Origin: a virus
Length of the DNA: 64,000 nucleotides
Reading direction: 5' to 3' (one strand)
IMG/VR virus record: IMGVR_UViG_3300049484_000260
Location: 2,806-66,805 of that record
In this document: piece after piece, positions 51,280 to 60,337 of the stretch
Position numbering within the stretch: position 1 is the stretch's first letter
How the letters are laid out: each line of letters begins with the position of its first letter
Program-made: the position numbers and the translations under genes
Notes under the pieces: generated by a model
What the model saw: only the letters and a program-made list of their open reading frames with translations
Told to the model about the DNA's origin: nothing
The model's database searches: none

Positions 51280-52311
51280 CTATGGATGCTGTAGAATAAA
51301 TCCATTCCCCATAAAGACCATAGGATGATCGAGCCTGAGACAATGTAGCATCTCCTTACATGATGAAACGGAGGATATAACTTCAGAGTACATTATAGGG
51401 GTTACGTTATGTCTCAATGACCCTATATTAGACACATAATTACTCATAATAAGGTCTCTAATTGAAGGAGGAATATTCCAACAGTCCGGTTCTATATCTT
51501 GTAAAGCTCTATATGCCCCTGATATATTACTGTGACGATAGAACGTATTTACGGGGTGAATATCTCTCCCAACTACCGATGAATGCTTACGTTGATTTTT
51601 TATTCTCCCGTTCAAATAATGCTGATATGTCGATGATAGGTACTGCTCCATCAACATAATATTAAAAACTGAGTCATTACCCATAGGAGACAGGTAAATT
51701 GTGAAAGGTGGTTTGTCAGAATTGTGTCGTCTATATTCCTTTATCGCTGAATAGCATCCAGCCATCCCAGCAACACAAGATACTGTATTCGCAATATCGA
51801 ACGATGATACATTCAAGAACAAGTTACGATTATTACTGAAAGAGATAGAAGGGATACATACATGTAATATGCTCCCTAAGACTACAGCGATTTGCTGACG
51901 GTAGTTAAGATTAGCTATATTAGATAGATCATTTCTGTAGGAGGTGGAGGAGGTGATCGATCCTGGGTGGATATTGCACGTACCGCCAACAACAGCATAG
52001 GATGGGGTGAGCGATGATATCGACACGAATTCTACGCAATCTTTATCCTCGCGGTTATACGCAAGTACGCGAAGGTCTGGTGATCCTGTAATAACCTTTC
52101 CAGACTTAGTTACCACTGTTATTGCGTCGCATATACCTCCAGAACGTACTGACTCGATGCGGGTATCCGAGCTAAGGAGTGATACGTACCTCCCATCAGA
52201 GGTGGATGTGATTTCGTTGACGTTACTTATCGGGGTTATACCCCTAAAATAATTATCGACTGAGTGTAAGTTCACCAGAGTGCGACCACACACTGCGCTA
52301 ACGAATGCCAT
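51280..52311 (-). CDS. Free-standing intein-like protein 9 (divergent)
   Basis: AVCGRTLV, VVTKSGKVITGS, AGMAGCYS, FMGNGFIL. Confidence 0.75.
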   Translation of the reverse strand: MAFVSAVCGRTLVNLHSVDNYFRGITPISNVNEITSTSDGRYVSLLSSDTRIESVRSGGICDAITVVTKSGKVITGSPDLRVLAYNREDKDCVEFVSISSLTPSYAVVGGTCNIHPGSITSSTSYRNDLSNIANLNYRQQIAVVLGSILHVCIPSISFSNNRNLFLNVSSFDIANTVSCVAGMAGCYSAIKEYRRHNSDKPPFTIYLSPMGNDSVFNIMLMEQYLSSTYQHYLNGRIKNQRKHSSVVGRDIHPVNTFYRHSNISGAYRALQDIEPDCWNIPPSIRDLIMSNYVSNIGSLRHNVTPIMYSEVISSVSSCKEMLHCLRLDHPMVFMGNGFILQHP

Positions 52312-52331
52312 GATATTATCAAGATTATATG

Positions 52332-52353
52332 CGGGCTGGAAGGAACCAGCCCG
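52332..52353 (-). terminator. Hairpin at the 5' boundary of the intein-like array
   Basis: CGGGCTGG-ttcctt-CCAGCCCG perfect 8-bp stem after the 52364 stop; followed by AT-rich sequence, not a clean U tract. Confidence 0.5.
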
Positions 52354-52363
52354 TAATTGATTA

Positions 52364-53467
52364 TTACTCGCAGAGTTCCGCGATGTAGGACACCTCAGAG
52401 GGAGTTAATGGGTCTTTCCCTCCAAACATGATAACCAGACTGCGCAGTCTAAGGAGGGCGGTGGCGAGAACGAATATCTCTCGTTTATGTTCTCCTATTC
52501 TCTCCTTAGCTACTCGGATCATTCCTTTTATATCGGCATTCGGTACATACGACGCACCTATAGTGACGGAACTCCGTACCCGTGCATCAGTAAGTATATC
52601 TGACAGAATAGATGACAGACTCCGTAATTTCTCAGAGAAATACTGAGATGAATTACATTCGTCTTTCCGCGAATTAGCTCCCTTTTTAAGGAAAGATATC
52701 TCTAAGTGAAGCGCGTTGATTGCTTCTTTAGTGGAAGTGCGTTCTTTCTGGAGTAACTCTTGTAACTCCTCGACGCGAGCTACCGCTGCGCACGTATTTC
52801 GCTTCAGAGTATCGTTTTCAGCACGAAGAGCGTCACATTCCTTCGACTCCTGGTTTATGTTCGGTCTTTCTGGGAGGGGGTGTTTGAGTATGTGGAGCAC
52901 GTGTATCTCGGCCGTGAATATATGCTGAGAGGACTCTCCTGCCGCTGTACGTATGCTGTTATTGCCGTCGATAAATATCGGATCATGTAAACGCTCATCC
53001 CCTTGACGGATTGATAGGAGGGCCGCACGCGCCTCATCTCTGATAGCATGTAGCACATCGTTTAGCATGATGCGCTCTTCTTCGCTTTTACGCAACTTAG
53101 AACGGCACTCATCCATCTCCTTTCGTAGGAGGGATGTTTCGTCTTTAGACTCTCCGTCGTTACGAGGCTCTGTATTGCGTGGTAAGCTCTCGGTTATAAA
53201 ACGCATAGCCTTAGTGATATTTCCTTCTATGTCACAGAGTGTGCTCTCGAACTCTCCGAGGTGGTCATTAGTCAAACTCTCTCGTAGAGAGTTTACTCTG
53301 AACGCGCAGTTTGTTAGTGCCTTATAGGCGCACATGAGTTTTATCCTACCTTTGATGATCTTCTGGCGACGATCCTTGCAACAGGCCTTTAGACCCTCAA
53401 CTATACGGCAGTCGTCTGGTGCGGCTGTATTGCGGCAGTCTTGTACAATCTTGTCATGATTAAGCAT
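52364..53467 (-). CDS. Coiled-coil hypothetical protein
   Basis: 367 aa, heptad-rich; GGGGAG RBS. Confidence 0.6.
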   Translation of the reverse strand: MLNHDKIVQDCRNTAAPDDCRIVEGLKACCKDRRQKIIKGRIKLMCAYKALTNCAFRVNSLRESLTNDHLGEFESTLCDIEGNITKAMRFITESLPRNTEPRNDGESKDETSLLRKEMDECRSKLRKSEEERIMLNDVLHAIRDEARAALLSIRQGDERLHDPIFIDGNNSIRTAAGESSQHIFTAEIHVLHILKHPLPERPNINQESKECDALRAENDTLKRNTCAAVARVEELQELLQKERTSTKEAINALHLEISFLKKGANSRKDECNSSQYFSEKLRSLSSILSDILTDARVRSSVTIGASYVPNADIKGMIRVAKERIGEHKREIFVLATALLRLRSLVIMFGGKDPLTPSEVSYIAELCE

Positions 53468-53484
53468 AGCTCTCCCCTCATGGG

Positions 53485-53976
53485 TTACACTGCGATTAGT
53501 TTAACTACATTTGACTTAACTGATATTTTACGTAACACCTCCACATCTCCAGAGAACGACGCGGGGAACCACGGTATTTTTAAAAACTGAAGGGCGCGAA
53601 TTCTATGATTCCCGTCAGATACTCCCGATGTTCCTGGACGCATGGAGTATGTATCTATTGTTATAGGGTGAAACCCTTTACCTTCTACGTATTCATTTAC
53701 TAATGCTGCTACCCGGACTGCGTGTTTTAACGCAGTAGGGATTATGTTATTCTCGCTTAGTTTTCTGTCGTCTTGCCACTCAACGTGTATGTTACACATA
53801 CTAACATACTGCATTGATGATATTATCTCAGCATCCGTTATGCCGTCATACGCGAACCCAGTATAGCCTACCCACGATCTAATCCTTCTAAATGAACACA
53901 AAGTCACACAGGATGTGCGGGTGGGGCACTGCTCCATTGGGCAGCTACGTGTGCATAGCTTGACGAATACTGGCAT
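53485..53976 (-). CDS. ParB/Srx-like domain protein
   Basis: HPITID...VSDGNHRIRALQFL motif. Confidence 0.6.
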   Translation of the reverse strand: MPVFVKLCTRSCPMEQCPTRTSCVTLCSFRRIRSWVGYTGFAYDGITDAEIISSMQYVSMCNIHVEWQDDRKLSENNIIPTALKHAVRVAALVNEYVEGKGFHPITIDTYSMRPGTSGVSDGNHRIRALQFLKIPWFPASFSGDVEVLRKISVKSNVVKLIAV

Positions 53977-54017
53977 ATTATCACCTTGTTATAAAGTATC
54001 GCATGATCTTGTTTATC

Positions 54018-54046
54018 AGCCTACACAACCACATCAGTAAATGCAA
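54018..54046 (-). promoter_or_regulatory. Possible sigma70-type promoter
   Basis: TTGCAT-17 bp-TAGGCT upstream of the 53976 start. Confidence 0.35.
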
Positions 54047-54084
54047 CGTACCCATGAAGCGACGAAGGAAAGGTGTGTATCGCA

Positions 54085-54303
54085 TCATATCAGTGATGCG
54101 ACGTGCAATACTTCTTTTTTTACATGAGAAAACTCCCTAACCACTGCCGATGCTTTAGAAAAAAGACCGTATAAGGTATAGCTCCCATCCTTGTGTTCGC
54201 ACCAATCAAGGGTTGCACCATACACCTGTGAAATGTAATCCATTTCCTTTTTTGTTGGTGATATAGCTCGAACTCCACTACCGAACCTGTATATTGCTTT
54301 CAT
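54085..54303 (-). CDS. Small hypothetical protein
   Basis: TAAGGAG RBS and a strong promoter upstream. Confidence 0.6.
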   Translation of the reverse strand: MKAIYRFGSGVRAISPTKKEMDYISQVYGATLDWCEHKDGSYTLYGLFSKASAVVREFSHVKKEVLHVASLI

Positions 54304-54344
54304 TACTGCTCCTTATTTGGTTGGTTATTAACTTCGACTAAACT

Positions 54345-54373
54345 ACTATATCACATACGAAAAGAGATGTCAA
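54345..54373 (-). promoter_or_regulatory. Near-consensus sigma70 promoter
   Basis: TTGACA-17 bp-TATAGT with TG extended -10. Confidence 0.75.
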
Positions 54374-54391
54374 CTGAAATAATTGCCACCA

Positions 54392-54979
54392 TCATTTAAT
54401 ATTTGCATACGTTCTTATCAAGGTCGGGATACGGCAGTCCCCGAATAGGTCTCCCAGGTCTTTAGCATGATATGGGGTTGGGAATATTATACAAGGTACC
54501 CCTAAACTCGTAAGACGTTTACGTGAGTATGAAGCTCCTATCATCCCAGGATTACGACCGTCTGGTCTAATATCGTTATCATGTATAATTATTACTCTAC
54601 GTATCAGACCTATTTTATATAGAATAGATACCCATCTGGTCTGATACATATTGAGACCGTTATTTAAGATGGCAGCCGCGCACTCTGCATATCGATAGAC
54701 AGTCATAAGGTCTGCGATCCCCTCAGTAAGAATTAAATTCCCTGTCATTGGGGTGGATATAAATGCCAAAGGCATAGCACCTAAATAGTGCTCATGCTTC
54801 CCACTAATAGCCGACCTTATATAATACCCGCTGGGAATTCCTGCCCAGTCATATAGCATAGTATATAATGATGACTCAGTTACACCATCAAATACATTAG
54901 TCATTCCTTTAAACTTTGTAGGCTCTGAGGCTATTATCTTTTTCCAGTGAGGAGGTAGGGCTGTAGAATCTATTATCAT
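54392..54979 (-). CDS. Toprim-domain protein (primase-like)
   Basis: LILTEGIAD, IIHDND, GMIGA, KDLGD motifs. Confidence 0.75.
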   Translation of the reverse strand: MIIDSTALPPHWKKIIASEPTKFKGMTNVFDGVTESSLYTMLYDWAGIPSGYYIRSAISGKHEHYLGAMPLAFISTPMTGNLILTEGIADLMTVYRYAECAAAILNNGLNMYQTRWVSILYKIGLIRRVIIIHDNDIRPDGRNPGMIGASYSRKRLTSLGVPCIIFPTPYHAKDLGDLFGDCRIPTLIRTYANIK

Positions 54980-56094
54980 GATGTATAGAACTTTGGCTCA
55001 ATTCCTAATTTAGTATAGAGACGCAATAATGGTTTTGTAAGGCGTTGTACTTTCTTCTTGCCTTGGTATCGATACCCCCACCACTTAGGAAGTGGCTCTC
55101 CTGCTGCTGTGATAGCTCGTGCAAGCTCGTTGTATGATGAGAGCATGACCACCTTTAATGGCTCTTTTTCTGGGTACAGGAAAAGGAGGGTCGGTCTCTC
55201 TAAGTAATCTGCTATCTGTCTTAGAAGTTTCGGTAGTTCGGAAACAGGAACTCCAGCGCGGGTACATTGCCTCTCAGGGATCATGAAATTAACCATTCGG
55301 TGTATTACCCCACGTACCCTCCACCGATTAGGATCATGCTGGTTGCGCGAATGTGAGTGATCGACAACGGCGACAGATAAGTCCAGAGGGCGACCTGTAA
55401 CCAAGCATCTCCCTCCCTGAATGGCAAGCTGAAACTCTCTAAATGATGAGAGTGTAGAGTGTTTCAGTTTTACTACCTCAGCACGGAGTAAAAATGGAGT
55501 GAGAAGACACTCATACGGCCCATGACTGGGCGGCCATGATGGGAAGGAATCGTAGCTTGTTCTGAGTGATACCTCTGCGTACTCATAGGTTGTACATAGG
55601 GTGGGTTTCTGTATTTCGGGAGTTACACTGGTCAGGATCAGCCATGATAATTCCGTAGGAGATTTTCGGTACGCCTGACTCTTTTCCCTCAGAGGGAAGC
55701 CCTGACTCTCTGCAACCATCTTTTTAAGTAAGCTACCCAGTGGTATCTCCGGCGGCCCGGCTGCCGCCACCTTGGGGAACACACCGACCATCTCCGGCGG
55801 CCCGGCTGCCGCCACCTTGGGGAACACACCGGCCATCTCCGGCGGCCCGGCTGCCGCCACCTTGGGGAACACACCGACCATCTCCGGCGGCCCGGCTGCC
55901 GCCACCTTGGGGAACACACCGACCATCTCCGGCGGCCCGGCTGCCGCCACCTTGGGGAACACACCGCCCATCTCCGGCGGCCCGGCTGCCGCCACCTTGG
56001 GGAACACACCAGCCTTGCTAAACTTGACCACAGGCAGGAGTAGCCCTTTACATTGTGTGTACTTCATGCCTATCTCCCCGCAAATACTCTTCAA
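54976..56094 (-). CDS. Endonuclease VII-like resolvase with repeat-containing N-terminal extension (true start uncertain)
   Basis: QGGRCLVTG...VVDHSH...VRGVIHRMVN His-Me finger; Zn ligands partly lost. Confidence 0.65.
   Translation of the reverse strand: MKSICGEIGMKYTQCKGLLLPVVKFSKAGVFPKVAAAGPPEMGGVFPKVAAAGPPEMVGVFPKVAAAGPPEMVGVFPKVAAAGPPEMAGVFPKVAAAGPPEMVGVFPKVAAAGPPEIPLGSLLKKMVAESQGFPLREKSQAYRKSPTELSWLILTSVTPEIQKPTLCTTYEYAEVSLRTSYDSFPSWPPSHGPYECLLTPFLLRAEVVKLKHSTLSSFREFQLAIQGGRCLVTGRPLDLSVAVVDHSHSRNQHDPNRWRVRGVIHRMVNFMIPERQCTRAGVPVSELPKLLRQIADYLERPTLLFLYPEKEPLKVVMLSSYNELARAITAAGEPLPKWWGYRYQGKKKVQRLTKPLLRLYTKLGIEPKFYTS
55745..56010. repeat. Six tandem 45-bp GC-rich repeats
   Basis: Unit atctccggcggcccggctgccgccaccttggggaacacacc + 4-nt variable linker, starting at 55745, 55790, 55835, 55880, 55925, 55970. 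Confidence 0.97.
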
Positions 56095-56566
56095 TAGCAG
56101 CCAGTGATTTCATAGGCTTCCGCACCCTCACCCTTCTGGTGTGGTATGCCTCAGTGATATACGATGGTACATCCTCAAGGTACCCTGATTGGTTTTTATA
56201 TTTCATGTTTTTGTAGGATGTCTCTACCCACACATTGTCCTGAAACTTATACCGTACCAGCTCCTCCTGACCAACCCCCCTGACAAATACCACCCCTGAT
56301 GGAATAGCTTGCACTATCACCACCCTCCTCCGTACTTCACCAAAAGATGAAGGATGTACAGCAACACACTGAGGGAGGACTGAATCATCGCTCACTCGTG
56401 CTAACTGTAGGTTGCAGGAGATAGTGTTTATTTCTTCTTTTAGAGCTAACGCATCATTTCTCAGTTGTAAGAATTTAAGACGCTTTTCTTTTAGCTCCGC
56501 CTCAAGACGCTCTGTCACTGGCCCCTTAATAAGGGGTGGGATGAATATCTTGGTATATTCTGCCAT
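56048..56566 (-). CDS. Hypothetical protein
   Basis: 172 aa; GAGGGAG RBS; N-terminal coiled coil. Confidence 0.55.
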   Translation of the reverse strand: MAEYTKIFIPPLIKGPVTERLEAELKEKRLKFLQLRNDALALKEEINTISCNLQLARVSDDSVLPQCVAVHPSSFGEVRRRVVIVQAIPSGVVFVRGVGQEELVRYKFQDNVWVETSYKNMKYKNQSGYLEDVPSYITEAYHTRRVRVRKPMKSLAAIEEYLRGDRHEVHTM

Positions 56567-57555
56567 TCTCTCCCTCGCTCAATGAATGGGAACATTATAC
56601 GACTAACCCATCTATACAGACCTCTAAACACCACAGTAAAACATTCACGATATGTAGTTGTATCGGTTTTTACTGACCCACTAACTACAACACGTATCAT
56701 ATCAAAGTCATGCGTAGGAATTGTAGTGGAAATTGCTGCTCCAGGGAATATAGAGGTAAGGTGTTTGTATGCTTCATTCCAGCGCAGCCTGTGTGTAAGA
56801 TGTAAGGTTATCGTGTTGTGCACATCATCTGTCGATATGTGATGTACGGCAAACTCCTCTTCCCTCCCCCATACAGGGAATAGGTCATTTATAGCCTCTA
56901 CAGGGAGAGGACTGATGATTCTATGCACAACATCCCCTGCTTCATTACGAGGAGCGCATCCTGTCATCTCATACCACTCGTCATCACTAAAGAATCCAGA
57001 GGTCGTCTCATCATGCAACACCTTGCCGTTAATTTCATCTTTAGTTACTCTAAGGTCGTCGATATATGTGGTTGAGTTGATCCGCTTGAGTCTGTTGATC
57101 AGTTCTCTCTTCGTACCATAAAAATCTCGCATACGTCCATCACAAACTCCCCATGAGGCGAAGTATCTCTCCTTCCGATCTCTACATGATCGAGAGGATG
57201 CTGAAGATTTTCCTCTCAAGCTATAGCACGCTCTGCACAATCCGTGTGCATGGTTGTTGGGTAATAAGGGACTTCCACAGTCAAGACATTGCTTAAATCG
57301 CAAAGGTGTGCTATCAAGCACAGACACCCATTCGGAGGCGCGCTTACGCATACAGTACCCCCAGACTTGAAGCTCGACACCCTTAGTCCCGCCTTTACGG
57401 GCGATAACATAAATCTTCTCACCGCCATAGGAATGTACTGAAAAAGGTACTGCCTCGTTCGGGGTGAACCCAACGGCTATGTTGTGGATAAATTCAACAA
57501 CTTCATCCTTTTTTGTGAAGGTGAGCACATGTACGGTTCCTATTTTTACAGTCAT
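56515..57555 (-). CDS. Hypothetical protein with Zn-ribbon motif
   Basis: CLDCG...HAHGLCRACY. Confidence 0.55.
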   Translation of the reverse strand: MTVKIGTVHVLTFTKKDEVVEFIHNIAVGFTPNEAVPFSVHSYGGEKIYVIARKGGTKGVELQVWGYCMRKRASEWVSVLDSTPLRFKQCLDCGSPLLPNNHAHGLCRACYSLRGKSSASSRSCRDRKERYFASWGVCDGRMRDFYGTKRELINRLKRINSTTYIDDLRVTKDEINGKVLHDETTSGFFSDDEWYEMTGCAPRNEAGDVVHRIISPLPVEAINDLFPVWGREEEFAVHHISTDDVHNTITLHLTHRLRWNEAYKHLTSIFPGAAISTTIPTHDFDMIRVVVSGSVKTDTTTYRECFTVVFRGLYRWVSRIMFPFIERGREWQNIPRYSSHPLLRGQ

Positions 57556-57619
57556 GATGTAGAGTATAAGTTGATGATTGATAGAGAGTCACGCAGCAGC
57601 AGCATCCGTGACAGTTATA

Positions 57620-57648
57620 AATATACCGCGTCATGAGAAATGAAGCAA
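57620..57648 (-). promoter_or_regulatory. Sigma70-type promoter
   Basis: TTGCTT-17 bp-TATATT in intergenic gap. Confidence 0.5.
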
Positions 57649-57672
57649 TATAAAAATGACCGTCATACGAAA

Positions 57673-58803
57673 TTAACTACAGCCAAATACGACCAGCGTG
57701 ATCTTACCCCCAAGAAGGTACACCGAGGAACCCGCGTATGACACTCCTATCTCGGTGTCCTTACGTAAAAGGGGGATAGATTTAACCAGAGAATCTATAG
57801 GAATCTTGACCTCATACAGGGTCTTTCCTTCAGCTATACCCACCGCAAATGAGGAGGGGGATGATGCTTGATACCGAGGCATCGATAGTATAAGTCCATT
57901 GAGATAGAAGGATATCGCCACGATAGTCCCTTCACTCTCTGCGGATACGTGTAATATATTTAATATATTTAATATCCTCTGGGTATTAACCGTAATAGGT
58001 GGCGGGGTTTCCGCCTTAAACAAATGCGAGATAGTAAATGGTATAGTGTCAGCCGCCTTACACAGCACAAGAGAATCTCCAGCATTATACGCAATTATGT
58101 TACATTCCGTATCTACCAGTGACACATTCTCAATAACAGACATAAAACTATGTAATACATTTATACCCTTGGCAGTAAAGGTTGTCGATGGGAACTCCCC
58201 TTTTATATATGCTGCCGCTGTTGTTGTAAATACTGTAGCTCCATGTTCTGACAAGTACAGAAGCCTGTGTTGGGGGGATGCGTTAGACCTAACTAAACTC
58301 AAAAGTCTTGAAGCATCTACCAAAGACTTTATATCTATAGACGTAACATTATGGAGGCTGACACCTTCGCGAAGTATAGCGGCTGATTCACTGTATGGTG
58401 AATCATCTACACCTACCTGCCCATGCACATCAACAGACCCTCCGTAAACAGTAATAAATATCTCATCTCCTATAATAACTACCTCTAACTCCTCACCACC
58501 CTCGATACACGGGATGATGGTAGATAAGATATGGAGTGGGATTAAGATATTATCTGGAGGGGTGACTGCTGTGCACCTTACAGGCATGTTGAAGTTTATC
58601 GTGATCCCGAACGACTGAAACAACCATAAACTCCCTCCGTCTGTAAATGTTATCATTACAGATGTTTCATACATATTTAGACCATGTACAGGAACCTTTG
58701 TAGCTGTACTCACGAAATCTATCACCTTGTCAGATTTAAAGTAAAGTTTGACAGGATCGGGGAAACGCTGTACACCTTGGATATCTGGTTTTCTCTTGCT
58801 CAT
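57673..58803 (-). CDS. Putative sliding clamp (DnaN/beta-like)
   Basis: 376 aa (beta-clamp size); FTDG and ILIPLHILSTIIPCIEGGEELEVVIIGDEIFI resemble beta domain I; a DnaX-like loader is in the same window. Confidence 0.5.
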   Translation of the reverse strand: MSKRKPDIQGVQRFPDPVKLYFKSDKVIDFVSTATKVPVHGLNMYETSVMITFTDGGSLWLFQSFGITINFNMPVRCTAVTPPDNILIPLHILSTIIPCIEGGEELEVVIIGDEIFITVYGGSVDVHGQVGVDDSPYSESAAILREGVSLHNVTSIDIKSLVDASRLLSLVRSNASPQHRLLYLSEHGATVFTTTAAAYIKGEFPSTTFTAKGINVLHSFMSVIENVSLVDTECNIIAYNAGDSLVLCKAADTIPFTISHLFKAETPPPITVNTQRILNILNILHVSAESEGTIVAISFYLNGLILSMPRYQASSPSSFAVGIAEGKTLYEVKIPIDSLVKSIPLLRKDTEIGVSYAGSSVYLLGGKITLVVFGCS

Positions 58804-59693
58804 AAAATTACTCCATAGCGCGCTGCGTAATGATTAAGGGTTTCTCGCTCATCATCAGCAAGGTTCATAGCCGATACAATAGCGTGTAAGTCTATAGTGC
58901 CAAACTCAGCGGCACTGGTCGCTGATTTCAGAAAATCAGTCAACGAAATTCTATCTACCTCCTGAGTATCATCGTTCTTTGTATAGAACACTTCGTCTGG
59001 GGACAAACAAGGGACTCGTATCATCAGAGGAGATATTTCCCCATCAACAACACTGAGACGAACAGCAAAAACATCCCTTTCTCTATTATATTGATGTACA
59101 GTCCCCCGCGACAATGCACCAGGCCTAATTATCCGTGAATCACCACAAATAACTCCATCATAAGGGACATGATCATGACCTGACAATATCAAGTGTGGTT
59201 TCTGCCGTTCTATATCGGCATAACTCCAAATCTCCGATTTGTCATATAAGGTATCATCCCTACAGATGAATTTATGAGCTACTACAATATTCCCTGATAC
59301 GTCTGCCAGCGAAATGTCGTCGTTGTAGTCATAACCAACCAGGTTTAATCCATGAAACACCATAGGATGTTTCGTGAGGTGTCTTATTCTTCCTGAGTTA
59401 ATGAGAAGAGACAAGCTGGTGCTGTTAAACCCATAGCGACTCCTCCTATTCATGTCATGGTTTCCTACAATAGTCGCTACATTAGCAGGAAGTGCTTCCA
59501 GTAGAGAATTAACTGCGTTCTCAGGGACTGATGATGTATTGAAAACATCTCCACCAAAAATCATCCAATCATCAGGCTCCATTAAAGATGTCACATACGA
59601 TACCTTACCACAAACAGAAGACAGGAAATCATCTTTACGGGAAGATGGCGGCGTAGCCGATATATGTAAGTCAGTTATGAAGAATACATTCAT
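58800..59693 (-). CDS. sbcD: SbcD/Mre11-like nuclease
   Basis: TDLH, GGDVF, GNHD, VAH, SGHDH, PGAL metallophosphoesterase motifs. Confidence 0.88.
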   Translation of the reverse strand: MNVFFITDLHISATPPSSRKDDFLSSVCGKVSYVTSLMEPDDWMIFGGDVFNTSSVPENAVNSLLEALPANVATIVGNHDMNRRSRYGFNSTSLSLLINSGRIRHLTKHPMVFHGLNLVGYDYNDDISLADVSGNIVVAHKFICRDDTLYDKSEIWSYADIERQKPHLILSGHDHVPYDGVICGDSRIIRPGALSRGTVHQYNRERDVFAVRLSVVDGEISPLMIRVPCLSPDEVFYTKNDDTQEVDRISLTDFLKSATSAAEFGTIDLHAIVSAMNLADDERETLNHYAARYGVIL

Positions 59694-60337
59694 GACTCCT
59701 CCTTTATTATACTACCACCTCGCATATAGTACGTCTTAGAAGCCAGAACCGAAAACCGAGGGTCTTGAGAAATCATAAGGAATTTAAACCCATACTGCTG
59801 AATTAGACCTTCTATAAGGCTGAACATGCCCGGAAGGTATTCGGAAGAAATGGCACTAAGTGCCTCATCAAGAAATAATATCCGGTACGACTTCTGATTG
59901 AGAATAGCCAATACCTGAAACAGGAAACTAACCACTGCCTGAATTCCACCACCAGCCCCATCGCTTAGGTTAGACTGAATTACCTCTCCTCCCCCTTTGT
60001 CCTCAATGACATATATAGTCAAAGTCTTTCGTTTGGCTGACTCCCCGACACGAAGTGAAATAGAGAACTTCCTATCTGCATATACAGCCTGAACTCCTTT
60101 CGATATAAAGGTCTCCACGAAGGAGACAGTATGAGATGATACCGCCTCCTGTATCTCAGTAACTGCGTTCGTCACTCGCAATAGTATGCGAGTTGATTCC
60201 CTTGCGGCTTCTGCATCTTTTAATGCAGAAGCCATGTCAGAAGACACCATGTTACGAATGCTCTCATATTTAGTTAGAGCAGAACATAGAAGATCGAGGG
60301 ACGAACGCAGCCCTACTGACTCTATCTCATTCATCAT
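59690..60337 (-). CDS. sbcC: SbcC/Rad50-like ATPase, C-terminal half
   Basis: Signature AGGG, Walker B LFLDEAL, MISQD (H-loop His->Gln). Confidence 0.8.
   Translation of the reverse strand: MMNEIESVGLRSSLDLLCSALTKYESIRNMVSSDMASALKDAEAARESTRILLRVTNAVTEIQEAVSSHTVSFVETFISKGVQAVYADRKFSISLRVGESAKRKTLTIYVIEDKGGGEVIQSNLSDGAGGGIQAVVSFLFQVLAILNQKSYRILFLDEALSAISSEYLPGMFSLIEGLIQQYGFKFLMISQDPRFSVLASKTYYMRGGSIIKEES

Noticed and set aside
51280-52311. Copy 9 as a class 3 intein (Ala1, Cys in block F)
   Set aside because: Lacks block B His/Trp, terminal Asn and exteins
55745-56010. CRISPR array
   Set aside because: Units are head-to-tail with only 4-nt linkers and no unique spacers
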